Source of the DNA: Octopus vulgaris
Lineage: Eukaryota
Length of the DNA stretch: 64,000 nucleotides
Assembly (NCBI GenBank): GCA_951406725.2
Contig: OX597814.1
Span: 62,434,001 to 62,498,000 of the forward strand
Direction of reading: 5' to 3'
Of the stretch, positions 11,630 through 25,735 are shown in pieces. Below the pieces are notes generated by a model. That model saw only the letters and a program-made list of their open reading frames with translations. It ran no database searches and had not been told where the DNA came from. The translations under genes and the position numbers were made by a program. The stretch's first letter is position 1; each line of letters begins with the position of its first letter.

Positions 11630-11634
<5 letters not shown>
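11316..11634 (+). repeat. Inverted pseudo-LTR/tail copy
   Basis: Reverse complement of ~10614-10931. Confidence 0.93.
11471..11533 (+). ncRNA. Hammerhead ribozyme-like motif in the inverted pLTR copy
   Basis: Same motif on the + strand: stem I 11471-11476/11528-11533, core 11477-11483, GAAA 11515-11518. Confidence 0.65.
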
Positions 11635-11707
<73 letters not shown>

Positions 11708-11871
11708 CTCCATTTATTTACTTATACTACACAAATTACTGCACATTAACCCGGAGTTTATACCTTTGAAAAGGTCGCTTCATCCGTGTTACTTGCGTGA
11801 ATTTTGCTACCCTGGTAACTGTTTATTGAATTTTTCATGTTAACGGTAAACAAAGGATAATTCATTCATCC

Positions 11872-12469
<598 letters not shown>

Positions 12470-12563
12470 GGTATGTAGAAAAATACAACATGGACAAGAA
12501 CGTATAACTCTTAGAAGACGACACACATATATATATATATATATATGTATGTACACATATTCG

Positions 12564-12595
<32 letters not shown>

Positions 12596-13070
12596 TGTAT
12601 GTATGTATGTATCTATCTATCTATCTATCTATTTATGCACGCATATGTATGTATATATATAAAAATGTATGTGTATGTGTGTGTGTATGAGGTCGCTATG
12701 AGAGATAACCAGAGATTTCATCTTGAAGCATTTTAGTGAAATGTTTCTGATAAGTAAGAAAGTCGTAGAGCATGATTTTTACTTTGATATATGAAGCGAA
12801 GAAGTTTATGCGATGCTGAAGTGGCCAACGTTGTTGCGTCTGTTTGGGAGGTTGTTTTGAGGTAAGCATTTATTGTAACAGTGTAAGGAGAGTATGAGGT
12901 GTGAATGATGTGTATGTGTGCGCACGCGTGTGCATAACAAATAAGGAGGTATGAAAAGTGGTATCAACTACGTAGGGGTACGTATACGACAGGTAACAGA
13001 AAGCGAATTTGCATGCTAGAAATGAAGGAAGGATTTACTGACGTCAAGCTAAAATATTGGTTTCATATTT

Positions 13071-13623
13071 AGGCACAAGGTCAATAAGTTCGGTGGGAAG
13101 GGGTAAGTCGATTACATCGACCTCAGAGCTCAACTAATACTTTTTTATCGACCCCGAAAGGATGATCTCGGCGGAATTTGAACTCAGAACATAGACAAAC
13201 GAAATACCTATTTCTTTACTACCCACAAGGGGATAAACTCAGAGAGAACAAACAAGGACAGACAAACATATTAAGTCGATTATATCGACTCCAGTGCGTA
13301 ACTGGTACTTATTTAATCGACCCCGAAAGGATGAAAGGCAAAGTCAACCTCGGCAGAATTTGAACTCAGAAAGTAGCGGCAGACGAAATACCTATTTCTT
13401 TACTACCCACAAGGGGCTAAACACAGAGGGGACAAACAAGGACTGACAAACGGATTAAGTCGATTACATCGATCCCAGTGTGTAACTGGTACTTAATTTA
13501 TCGACCCCGAAAGGATGAAAGGCAAAGTCGACCTCGGCAGAATTTGAACTCAGAACGTAACGGCAGACGAAATACGGCTACGCATTTCGCCCGGCGTACT
13601 AACGTTTCTGCCAGCTCACCGTC
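13071..13623 (-). mobile_element. Three chained tRNA-derived SINEs (Nin-domain-like family A)
   Basis: The reverse strand has an A box (agctggcagaaacgttag), a B box (gttcaaat) and the central gcctttcatcctttcggggtcgata..aagtaccag. Two 184-bp units at 13208-13391 and 13392-13575. Confidence 0.88.
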
Positions 13624-14551
13624 AAGGCTAAAATATTACTTCGTGATATATATGGTTAAATGTCAGGTAGAGCTGGCTCTTCAGAAGCTTTACTTTGGGG
13701 TCATTGAGAAGAGAGAGGAAAGATTATAAAGGATTTGGTAGTTTACGAAGGTTTGCTTCACATTACATATACTGAAGTGAAGGAGATACTTTAGTAGTTG
13801 GGTGTTAGAGAAATTGGCCTTGATAGATAGATGGATAGATAGATAGATTGATTGATTAAAGCATAGTTGAGCATAGAAGTGCACTGTTAAAGAGGGAGAA
13901 AAGCCAGAACATCCGACCCAACCGAATTTTAGGGCTGAGGACATGGGGAAAGTTTTCGTATTTGGCGACTGTGTGATAGGAGGGCGTGACACAGGAATAG
14001 AACTACTATTTAAGAGAAATTTTACTGTGCGTATGCAGTGTGGAGCTAGAAGCAAAATTGGGAAATTTGTTGCAAATATGGTGGTTTAACCTTTTAACTG
14101 TGAAATTAAATTTCATGTTTTTTCCAGTAATGATGTTAAATATCTTTAAAAAAAAAATTGGTATTTTCTATAAGTCACATTGCGTCAATAAACTTGACAT
14201 ATTTCAGCAAAAGATAATTTGAAATGTGACATTCCTCAACAAAAAGATAGGTTGGTATATAAAAGTTCTTTTTCCAGTTAAGAGTAATTAAATTTTGAGT
14301 GGATGTATCTGATTCCCGCAGTTAATTTGTTAAGTAGCAGGAATACCACAAACATAGACATCTTGTTTGAGGTGTAAAAATTTTGTAAATCTACTGGAGT
14401 CTTCATTGAGATCTCGACTGCAATTTGAAAGTTTGGGGAATATGAGAAAGAAAGAGGGAAAGAGAGAGAGAGGGATGTATACATATGTATGTATGTATCT
14501 ATGTATGTATGTATGTATGTATGTATGTATGTATGTATGTATGTATGTATG

Positions 14552-14640
<89 letters not shown>

Positions 14641-14642
<2 letters not shown>

Positions 14643-15103
14643 GTAAAATATGAAAAATCAACGAAAATGCACATTTTAAATAAAAAAAGGCTATTTATAA
14701 CCGGTAGCGACAAATATATACATTTAGATTGACTGAGGTAATAATACGAGTCATAAAAGTCATTATTATGAGATGATTATAAGATGATAATAAAGTGAGA
14801 GAACAAAACGGACCATGGTTTACGCGAAGCTATTCATCGTTTACGATTCATCAAAGCGATGAATAGTTTCGCGTAAACCACGGTCCGTTTTGTTCTCTCA
14901 CTTTATTATCATCTTATAATCATCTCATAATAATGACTTTTATGACTCGTATTATTACCTCAGTCAATCTAAATGTATATATTTGTCACTACCGGTCATC
15001 AATAACCTTTTTTTTTATTTGCAATGTGTATTTTCGTTGATTTTTCATATTTTACCCTTACATTGCTACGTGTATTTTATATTTTCTTTTCGTAACATAT
15101 TTC

Positions 15104-15108
<5 letters not shown>
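14641..15108. mobile_element. Fold-back insert with ~200-bp arms in (TA)n
   Basis: Arms ~14641-14842 and ~14854-15057; the right side extends to the next (TA)n. Confidence 0.8.
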
Positions 15109-15180
<72 letters not shown>

Positions 15181-15404
15181 AGAAAGAGCGCGTGGACTGC
15201 ATCACAGGATTTCATGACACTCCCTGATGGTAGTTTTGGTCATATTTCTCTTGCAATAAAAATCTAAAGTAGGGTTTGTTGAACAATGTAATTTAAAAAT
15301 ATGAGGCGTGTTAAAGCTGTGCACAGGCGATCCGATATGGTTGGTAAGCAGGCTACTTACCACACAGCCACTCCTACGCCTATATAAATATTACTTTGAA
15401 ATTT

Positions 15405-15592
15405 TGGCACAAGACCAATCACTTCGAGGGAGAGGGTAAGTCGATTACATCGATTCCAGTGCTTAATTTATCAACCCCCAAAGGATGAAAAGCAAAGTCG
15501 ACATCTGCGGAATTTGAACTCAGAAAGTAAAGACGGATGAAATGCCGCTAAGCGTTTAACCAGGTATGCTACCGATTCGTCAGCTCGTGACC
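15405..15592 (-). mobile_element. SINE family A
   Basis: ggcacaag..aagtcgattacatcga..aaggatgaaaagcaaagtcgac..ggaatttgaactcagaa. Confidence 0.85.
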
Positions 15593-15845
15593 TTTCTTCG
15601 AATATAAATATTATTATTATGTAATCAAATTGAAAGTACTCTGTTTTTACTATGATGGTTATAAGTACTGGATTCCATCTAGATATTGGTTCTTTCTCTT
15701 ATATATTAAAAATTGCAACTTCTTTTCAAGTCACTAAGATAAAAACATTTCACGGTATATTAAATAAATTTAATATATATTTTCAGCGATTCTAAACCTT
15801 TCGATTGTCATTTCTCTGATTGTTTATGCAAAATCATTCTATCAT

Positions 15846-15934
<89 letters not shown>

Positions 15935-16123
15935 TTGTCTGTCTTTCTGTCTATCCGTCCGACCGTTTGTCTGTTTCTCTCTCACTCTTTTTTTCTTTCT
16001 TCCTCCCCCTCTCTCTCTTTCTTTAGCCGGGTTCGGTAGCAGGTCACTTGACTTAAATAAGATGAGTCTTAGTTAGATTTACATCTATATCTGTGTGCGT
16101 GTGTATGTGTACGTGAGTGTGTG

Positions 16124-16157
<34 letters not shown>

Positions 16158-16264
16158 CGCTCTTACTTGTATGTATACGTACGTATTATGGCGTGTCTTT
16201 TGCAAGTGTATTAGAAGAAAATAGGTGTAGGTGTGCGCATGTAAGAATTTGTGGGAGAAAGTTC

Positions 16265-16353
<89 letters not shown>

Positions 16354-16864
16354 TATATGTATGTATGTATATATTTATTATAGGCGCAGCGTGGCTGTGT
16401 GGTAAGAAGCTGGTTTTCCAACCACATGCTTCAGTTCAACTGCTTGACATCCCCTTTCCCTCCTAATTTCAGCTTCCCACTTTTGTAGCGTTGATTAAAC
16501 TGTTGTGTCATCACCTAATGTAGCAATCATGTCAGCATGAATGTTTGGTGGCTAAACTCTCTTGCTGCTGGTATTTTATAACACCACGATGCCAACTTCT
16601 GTCCATTTTTCAAGAGAGGTCGCAACTAGTTAGTTTTGAAGTCTTCTTTAAACAGTCACATGTCAGTTTACTTCGAAAGAAACAGGTTATTTTATTGATA
16701 ACTGCTTCTTCTAAATTCAACCCTTCTTATTGATAACTGCTTCTTTCGAAGCAGTTATCAATAAGAAGGGTTGAATTTAATGCATGCAAGAGTTCATAGC
16801 TCTAGCATCACTCCTCCATAGTCAGCCTATGAACTATTCGTCTTAGCCTCGGGCGCTCGCGAGG

Positions 16865-16936
<72 letters not shown>

Positions 16937-17972
16937 ATATATAATATATATTATATATATGTATGTTTATTCATTTATGTATGTGTGTGCATGTTAGAGA
17001 TATAGAGAGAAAGAAAGAGAGAGAGAGAAAGAAAATGTGATGCATATATGAATGTACTTATAGTGTTTCTGTAACGATTTGTATGTGTAAGAAAGTATGC
17101 GTATGTGTGGGAAGCAGTACGCCCCATGATTGTGTGTGCTACTGATAATGAAAAAAAGAGAGTTTTCGATGCCGGATATAAGGTACAACAATTTAATACG
17201 CTCAGCCTGAACAAAAATGGCTGAAACTGGGACTTACTAAGCTGTACTAGAAGAATCAATTTATCGTTCTGGTTATAGATATACCAAAGTATGTGTGAAT
17301 AAATCTATGTATCTATGTATCAATAGATATGGAACACTAGATAGACCGACAAGCAGATAGATAGACCAACGGAGAAATATATAGACAAACAGATAGACAG
17401 CTAGATAGATATAAAGGTACACTAATAAAGAAATATATAGACAGGCTGATTGACAAACACCTGGGTTGATAGACAGGGCAGGCAGATAGATAAATAAATA
17501 GATAGACTAACAGAGAAATATGTAGATAGATATACAGATAAAATAGACAGACGAATGGACAGATAAATAGACTAACAGAAAGATATACAGACAAATAGAT
17601 AAACAGATAGACAGATAGATAAATAGATAGATACATAGACGAGATTCAAAGTGAATTATTCATAGCTGTCACTCGTAAGTGAATATGACATAACATTTAT
17701 CATGCTTTGGCTAATTGTTTTAAGTGCTCGTCTAATCTCGATCAAGCACTCACATCCTTGACTAAGCTGTCTCGTTCAAGACGAGACGGATGGGAGGGGA
17801 AGCGGCTGCAAAAGAACTCGGCTGGTCCTCATTCAGCTGAGTAGGGTGGAACAATGAGAAATGTAGTTTCTAGGACACAACGCGTCCTCCGAAACCAGGC
17901 ATCGGACCCGCTACCTTAAGATCATGAGTTCAATACCCTTATCACAGCGAAAGCGGGTATGCATATAATAGA

Positions 17973-18129
17973 TGCAGGAATGGCTGTGTGGTAAGAGGTT
18001 TGCTTCCAATCACATGCTTCTGGGTTCAGTCCCACTGCATGGCACCTTGGGCAAGTGTCTTCTACTATAACCTCGGGCCGACCAAAGCCTTGTGAGATTT
18101 GTTAGGCGGAAACTTAAAGAAACCTGTCA

Positions 18130-18215
<86 letters not shown>

Positions 18216-18475
18216 CGAAAATTTAAAAAGACCCGTCATATATATATATATATATAAGGGCACACGCACGTATGTTTGACCCCCTACCCTCGCTTGACAA
18301 CCGCTGTTGGTGAATTTACGTCCTTGTAACTTAGCGGTTCGACAAAAGAAAACCGATAGAATAAGTACGAGGATTAAAGGAAAAAATGTATTGGAGTAGA
18401 TTCATTCAACTAAATTTCTTCAAGGTGGTGCCGCAGCACGGCCGCAGTCTAAGAACTGAAACAAGTAAAATATAA
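17973..18475 (+). mobile_element. tRNA-derived SINE family B (CORE-like) with an internal (CA)n
   Basis: Head tggctgtgtggtaag..gggttcagtccc, CORE-like gcaccttgggcaagtgtctt, tail cgcttgacaacc..ggccgcagtc..actgaaacaagtaaaa. Confidence 0.8.
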
Positions 18476-18794
18476 AATATAAAACAATATTTATTGTGTA
18501 AAATCCTCTTCAAACACCAACTGATAAGATAAAAATCCTTTTCAGACACCAAATGGTAATATGTATGTACTACTTTGATTTTTGTAAGCAAAACCTACAA
18601 ATAATCACTAATTCATTGGAGCAGAACTGTTGTGTTTAACTACCAAATATGTTGAATTTTTTTACGATTTATAATAAACATGCTTCAAATATATTTTATA
18701 GTCGTGTGAGTATACGATTATTTCCAATGGGTGAAGAATATCTAAAATTGCCTGGAAGCTACTACTCCCTCTCTGTCGTTACCATAGTTACCAT

Positions 18795-18795
18795 A

Positions 18796-18876
<81 letters not shown>
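18795..18876. repeat. (TAC)n microsatellite
   Basis: Read directly; it explains the poly-T/poly-V ORFs. Confidence 0.95.
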
Positions 18877-18877
<1 letters not shown>

Positions 18878-18977
18878 TATGATGGATGTTACTGTTGCTG
18901 CTGCTGATGGGGAGAAAAGTTACGCGATTGAGATAATATAAAAGCCTCTGTAACAAATAACAGAAGCTTAAAAATCG

Positions 18978-19019
<42 letters not shown>

Positions 19020-19675
19020 TTGATTGTTTTTTTTCCATATGTTTACGAATTTAATCACCTTAGAGGAGATTAAAGATTTTAATGGAAAAATTGCAGATAC
19101 GTAATTGTAGAAGATATTTCTCTATTCCACTTCCTCTCTATCTCATTCGAATATCACTCGCTATTATTTTGAAATCAGCAGCAATGAATAGTCGAATGAA
19201 TGTGCCAAACAAAAACTGAAAACTGACATAAAAAAAAAAGAAAAAATGGGGAAAGAGAAGAAAAATAATGGATTATAAAAGAAAAATTAACACAGATAAA
19301 TGAATAACCGTCAAAAGATAGTTGAATAAAAACAGCTATCAGAAAAATTAAATCATTTTTTTTAATGCGCTGATAGTTTGGAAAATGCGGATAATTCACT
19401 ACGTATTTGTTATGTCAGGTAATCATATTATCGATTAGTAAGCGATTACAACAGGCAACTGTGCTGACAAAAGAAAAATAAAATGAACCAGAAAATTGAA
19501 ATAAAAAAATTCGAATGGTGATGTCCCCTGAAACCATTAAATCGAAAGCGAATCACTGATGCAAATGCATTAAAAAATACTAATATAAATAATTTAACGA
19601 AATAACTATGTCTTTCAGAACAAGGTTTTAATTAAATGTATGAAAAGAAAGGTTATTTTATCATTATTATGAATA

Positions 19676-21310
19676 CAGTAATACCTCTAGAATATTTTCC
19701 TAAATAGATTCTTCACCAAGCATTATACAGTCTCATTTTTAAGACTGCCTAAGTAGATATAAGAGCTTGATAGGCTAATTTGAACAGAGATATGAATACA
19801 AATGGGAATGTTAGACATAACCAAATGAACTGAAATATCCAGAGACGCGCTGTCGCACGCTCCAAACACTTAATGACTTTTAGATAACCTCACATAATAT
19901 AATGTTACACATCTTGATTTAATGTTATGATAAAATAAGAAAACAAGTTTAATTAAGATCTAATGTTATCACAAAATAACGAAACAGGTTAAATTAATCA
20001 ATTTTAATTACAATTACACAAGCATACTCTCTATTAATTCAGTTGAAAAAACAGCGATGAGAAATAGAAGTAAGAGGTTATGCCTGGAAAGAGAGTCCAG
20101 ATTGTGACTTTTTCTCGCACATGAGCTGCTTTCCGAAGAATGCATCTAAAATCGTCTGCGTTTCTCTGAGACTTCTATCACAAAGCAATTCACAGTAGTA
20201 GAATATCTTGTCCAGTATACTTCTCTTTGCTTTGCTATTGTGCTCTCTGTGTCATTTTCCGTAAACCGGTTCATTATTTCCGTAAGCTTGGTGATTGATA
20301 ATTCAGAAGTATTATTTCTGGTATTACGGGCTCCATTGTAGGGTTTTCCCGTACATTTTGGACGCAATGCCGTACTAACTGCTGCAAGTCTTGAATAGAT
20401 AAATTCTTACTATGAGACTGCGTTAACTCCTCTAAATCTTCCGCATTGACCTGTAGCATTCTCTCTTTATGGGTCAACTCAAAGACATCATTGGTGACTG
20501 CTAATGCTATTGCTTTATAACATTCCAGGAAATCACTACATACTTCTGGTCATAGCTTCTTCCAAACTTCGTGCATGGATTTCTCGGTTACATCCTCCCA
20601 GACTACATTGATATTATTTATGACCTTACTGATACGGTAGTTTTCCCAAAGGTCTCTGTTCAATTAATTTTTATGTCTCTTAAGAAACTTATTTGAGTAC
20701 CTTTCCACTATCGGATAAACATGTGAGAATTTCTATTGCTACTTAGGCCTTTTTTTGATTTTCAAATTACAAGCAGATGTGTTTCTAATATTCTCCTCAA
20801 TGAACGTAGTACTTTTAGAAGATATTAGACCATTGATATCAGCTTCGAAGACACCGTTAGCATTACCACTAAATAGCAGTTTTGAACCTAGTGGCGTTGT
20901 TTTTCTCAGGATAAGGAAACAATAATACCTTTTTCATTGAATACTAATTGGATGTAGATGGGGAATTGTTGCCATACTCGATTCTTAGGAGCACAGAAAA
21001 TGATTTTGGCTGCCTGGATGTCTGCACTTGTAGCGTCTAAGATATAGATGCTTTATCAGTTATACTGCCGTTTGAATCTATCATGAGCCAATCTCTACTC
21101 GTTGAAAATGCTTCTAAATCCTTTTCTTATGTTTAAATGTTTGAAAATGTAACTTGCTTTTTCCCTTATAATAAGTTGGCTTAATTGCAGGTTCCATTTG
21201 CTGATGTGTCACGAGATTAAATCGAGATGAACGTCAGCGAAAAAAAAAAAATCGTGATTTCTATGTTTGTTAATAGTAAACTAAGATACATCTTTTCAGT
21301 TTTTCTATTT
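19676..21310 (-). mobile_element. Degraded Tigger/pogo-type transposon
   Basis: Terminus ta|cagtaatacctc. Minus-strand fragments AFSTSRDWL..RFKRQY (CENP-B-type HTH), WEDVTEKSMHEVWKKL and DLEELTQSHSKNLSIQDLQQL. Confidence 0.7.
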
Positions 21311-22188
21311 AATGTGTTTTATGTCTTGAAAGTAACTGCATCTCCGTAGGTATGAACGATGCGTATCCATTGAACTGCTATCCATTGAATAAGTGTGAAA
21401 GTGGCTGAATATTCCACATTACACATGTGCTCTGAACATATTCCTGAGGCAGGATCAGCGTGACATAATGTGTGACAAGGCCGGACCCTTGAATTACATG
21501 TACAATTCATCCAACGGACTTTTACATGGCTTCTGCTTTCCATATTTCATCCACAAGGCTGGAGTCAACACAAAGCTATAGAAAATGATATTTGCGCAAG
21601 CAGTGGAATCGAACGCGGGATCGTTCGATTGCGAAGTGAACTTCTTTACCATTCAACCATACTGCAATCAAATTCACTCCTCATCGCATTCTATTCTTAA
21701 TCAATTCTAATTAATTAAAATTCTGTGAGGTACTTCCATTGCCTTTCTTGACCAGGATTAATAATTGTATGAAAAATTCGGATGTATGTGGGAGTGTGCA
21801 CAAGAGTGAATCCTAGATTCTTAATTGTTAGTAAACTATCATTATAGTAATAGTATGGTGCTAACCCACTAATTAAGATAATGATTAATTTTTACCATGA
21901 GTTTAGTTTTAGTTAATTAAAATTTCTTGGTTCAGTACATTAAATATGTTAACGCATATTTTACTAAACATGTTGACGCCCACTTTGCTAATTGTCAGTG
22001 AATTTCCGGTTAAACCTGGCGACTTACTCCAATTACTGTAACGTTAAGCAGAGTAACAACAAATCTTTTCCTGTGTATGGCTGCAATGTGTGACAGAAAT
22101 TTTCCCAGAACTGCTGGTTCATAATGTTTCCGAAACTTACATGAACTAAGTTAAGTATAAAAAAAAAGAGCCTGTGCATGTAAATTGT

Positions 22189-22642
22189 GATTTTAAATAA
22201 TGTGGCATCGGCAATTCGAAAGCGTTCACTCGATCGTAGTGCAATAATACCAAGTAGACAAAACTGAATCATAAAATGTGTCCAACATGAACCGGTACTA
22301 ATGCGTTCTCGAAATATGTATTGTTGTTGCTGTAATTGTTTAGTCTGTGCTTTAACTCTGATCCAAAAAATAAATTAAGTACCAGTTGCGTACTGGGGTG
22401 GATCTAATCGACTGCGATTTTAAATAATGTGGCATCGGCAATTCGAAAGCGTTCACTCGATCGTAGTGCAATGATGCCAAGTAGACAAAACTGAATCATA
22501 AAATGTGTCCAACATGAACCGGTACTAATGCGTTCTCGAAATATGTATTGTTGTTGCTGTAATTGTTTAGTCTGTGCTTTAACTCTGATCCAAAAAATAA
22601 ATTAAGTACCAGTTGCGTACTGGGGTGGATCTAATCGACTGC
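22189..22642. repeat. Tandem duplication, 2 x 227 bp
   Basis: 22189-22415 vs 22416-22642, with two substitutions noticed. Confidence 0.92.
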
Positions 22643-22719
22643 CCCCCCCGCCACCTTCCCCAAAATTTGGGGCCTTGTGCCTTGAGTAGAAAAGAATATT
22701 TAAGACGATATATAAGGCC

Positions 22720-22895
22720 CTAGCTGGTAGAATCGTTAGCACGTCGGCTAAAATGCTTAGCGGCATTTCGTCCGTCTTTACGTTCTGGGTTAAAATTCCG
22801 TCGAGGTTGACTTTTCCTTTCTTCCTTTCGAAGTCGATAAAGTAAGCACCAGGAAGTTAGCTCCCCCCCCCCAGTTAGCTGGCCTTGTGCCAAAA
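22720..22895 (+). mobile_element. SINE family A
   Basis: agctggtagaatcgttagcacg..gcttagcggcatttcgtccgtctttacgttctg..gtcgataaagtaag..ggccttgtgcc. Confidence 0.85.
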
Positions 22896-23104
22896 CTTGA
22901 ATATTGTACTAAAACAATATTTAAGACAGTATATGTTCAGTATATTATTTGGCTGTTATTTCTGGCAGTAAGAGCAACTGCCATAATATCTTCTTCGTTA
23001 GCTCGAACTAAAGACAGAGCCTCTACGCTGTCGTTGATCTGTTAGAAATAGCAGCCAAATCTCTTTCAAATCAATCACCACTGTATTTTTAAAAAGATGT
23101 TGAA

Positions 23105-23365
23105 CATGGCTGTATGGTTAGAAGTTTATTTCCCTATCACGTGGTTTTAGGCTCAGTCCCACTGTGTAGAACCTTAAGTGGCTGTCTTCTATTCTAGCCC
23201 CGAGTAGACCAAAGCTTTATAAATGGATCTGCTAGAAAGAAATTGAAACAAGCCCTCTCTGTAAAAAAAAATCGCTCATACACAAATATGTATGTATACG
23301 TGTCTGTATCTGTCATCCTACCGCTTGACAACCGGCGTTGCTAACCGAGAGAATAAACAGCAGAC
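23105..23365 (+). mobile_element. SINE family B, degenerate
   Basis: tggctgtatggttag..cagtcccactg..tgtcttctattctagccc..gaccaaagc..cgcttgacaacc. Confidence 0.7.
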
Positions 23366-23997
23366 AATGTTCAAGGGAAAACAATGGATTTGAAACCTCA
23401 TCCGTTATCCATTTAGACAGGAGCTAACGGACTTTCCACTGCACGATTGCTCGACTAACTGGAAATAATAGCCAAATCGCCTACAGATAATAGTGAGAAG
23501 AAGCAAGGACACATTTGATGATGTAATCCGAGTTAGACTGCTTATGGAAAACAAAAAAGAATGGATGGTCACACTTGGACTGCCTTTTTATCAGAGATCT
23601 ATTTGATGATAATTGATCTCAGAGAGATTGCATCAGTTAAAAATTCACATTGCATCACTTATCGTATCAGTTAAAAATTCACATTATCGCATCAGTTAAA
23701 AATTCACATTGAATCACTACATTTGTTTCGGTACGAAATAAACATAATTCTGTATTTAATATCGTAGTCCTAGTTTCTGAGTTCAAACGATGCTAGAATC
23801 GTATGGAGCCAGAAGCTTCTTCTCCATTTTTCATGTTCAATAAAATACGTAGCATTCATAGATCGAAATCGATTCAATCGACTTGTACTTCTCCATTACT
23901 TTGTTACATATATCTTTTTAACATAATATGTCTTGGAGAAGATCTGCTCCACACACACACACACACACACACACACATCAGAATGGAACAAGCAAAA

Positions 23998-24064
<67 letters not shown>

Positions 24065-24134
24065 CATACATACATATATACATACATATATATATATAAA
24101 TATATATATATAAACATATATATATACATACATA

Positions 24135-24197
<63 letters not shown>

Positions 24198-24458
24198 GTA
24201 TATATAACGCACACATACGCAATATACTCACAACCATACATATGTGTATGTATATATATATATATATATATATATTACGCACACACATGATATATACATG
24301 CACAATATTCCAAGAAAAGTAATAAATTAGAAAACCACAGGCCAAAATTCAATTCTATAGTTCTTTTCGTTTGCCAACCAAACATATGGTCGATTCTGCA
24401 AGCAGAGACTGCAAGAGAACAGCAATAGCGATCAATGTAAATTGCAAAGCTTATATAT

Positions 24459-24542
<84 letters not shown>

Positions 24543-25176
24543 ACATTAATTTCGTCTCCCTAGAAACGGTAAGTATAGAAACGCTTCCCATACCATTCTA
24601 ATGAGATGCAATTATATTTTTAAACGTTCTTCCGTCGGTATGGTTTAACACATGTGCATACACGTTCACACATACAGACACCAATACACGCTCAAGTACA
24701 ACCATTAAACGTATACATATATAACTACACATGTGTGTACATATTCAAGTATGAAAACATATATATGACTGAATACGTGTATTTCTCCTGCTCTATAGCA
24801 GTATGCTATAAAAGTTTTCTTCCCTTATCTTTTGAACAAAAATTTCTCTCTCTCCCACATTAAAATATATACTATATACGTTTTTGGTGGGTTTATTATG
24901 TATGGGAGATATTATCACAAAAATTACACAAAAACATTCACAAACACATTTAGGAGTACTATGTATATATTCCATGTGAGTATGTGTATGAGTGTGTATG
25001 CGTGCTTATGTATAGACATATATGCATCTCTCTCTCTCTCTACCTCTCTCTCTATCTATATACATATATACAAATTTACACATATGTGGACATATGTATG
25101 TACATATGAATATATATATGTGTGTGTGCGTATATATTACACACATATATATATATATAAATTGTATATGTGAGAG

Positions 25177-25231
<55 letters not shown>

Positions 25232-25566
25232 TGTTACATGTAGAAATCCACATTACATACAAATTTTGAAGCGTGCATGCACACACATACACACGCACAA
25301 GCACACACAAGCATACACACATGCACACACACATACACACACACACACACAAGTACACACACATGCACACGCACACGTGCACACATACATATGTACAAAC
25401 GCAATACATTCTCAGGTGTGTGTGATTATGTGTATTTCTCGTAGAGAGATCACTGATATATTGCATAAGTTGCTGTTTGTTCCGGTGCGTGCGTGCGTGC
25501 GTGTGTGTGTGTAGGCTTCAAAATATGTATGGTTATGTGGATTTTTACACGTGTCTATAATTTCTC

Positions 25567-25597
<31 letters not shown>

Positions 25598-25678
25598 TAT
25601 ATATCATTGACAATTCATACCGGAGATTCCGTGAGATATATTTTAAAACTAAAACTATATGAGTGTGTTGTGTGTTTT

Positions 25679-25735
<57 letters not shown>

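Larger units (their letters stand above)
8096..11634 (-). mobile_element. Penelope-like retroelement (C-terminal EN+, possibly Hydra clade) with pseudo-LTRs and an inverted terminal copy
   Basis: RT+GIY-YIG ORF; direct repeats 8096-8726 and 10685-11315 (offset 2589); inverted copy 11316-11634 of ~10614-10931; (TA)n on both sides. Confidence 0.95.

Noticed and set aside
23631-23711. Three copies of atcagttaaaaattcacatt, superficially CRISPR-like
   Set aside because: Spacers are very short and similar, the context is eukaryotic and there are no cas genes; this is local slippage.
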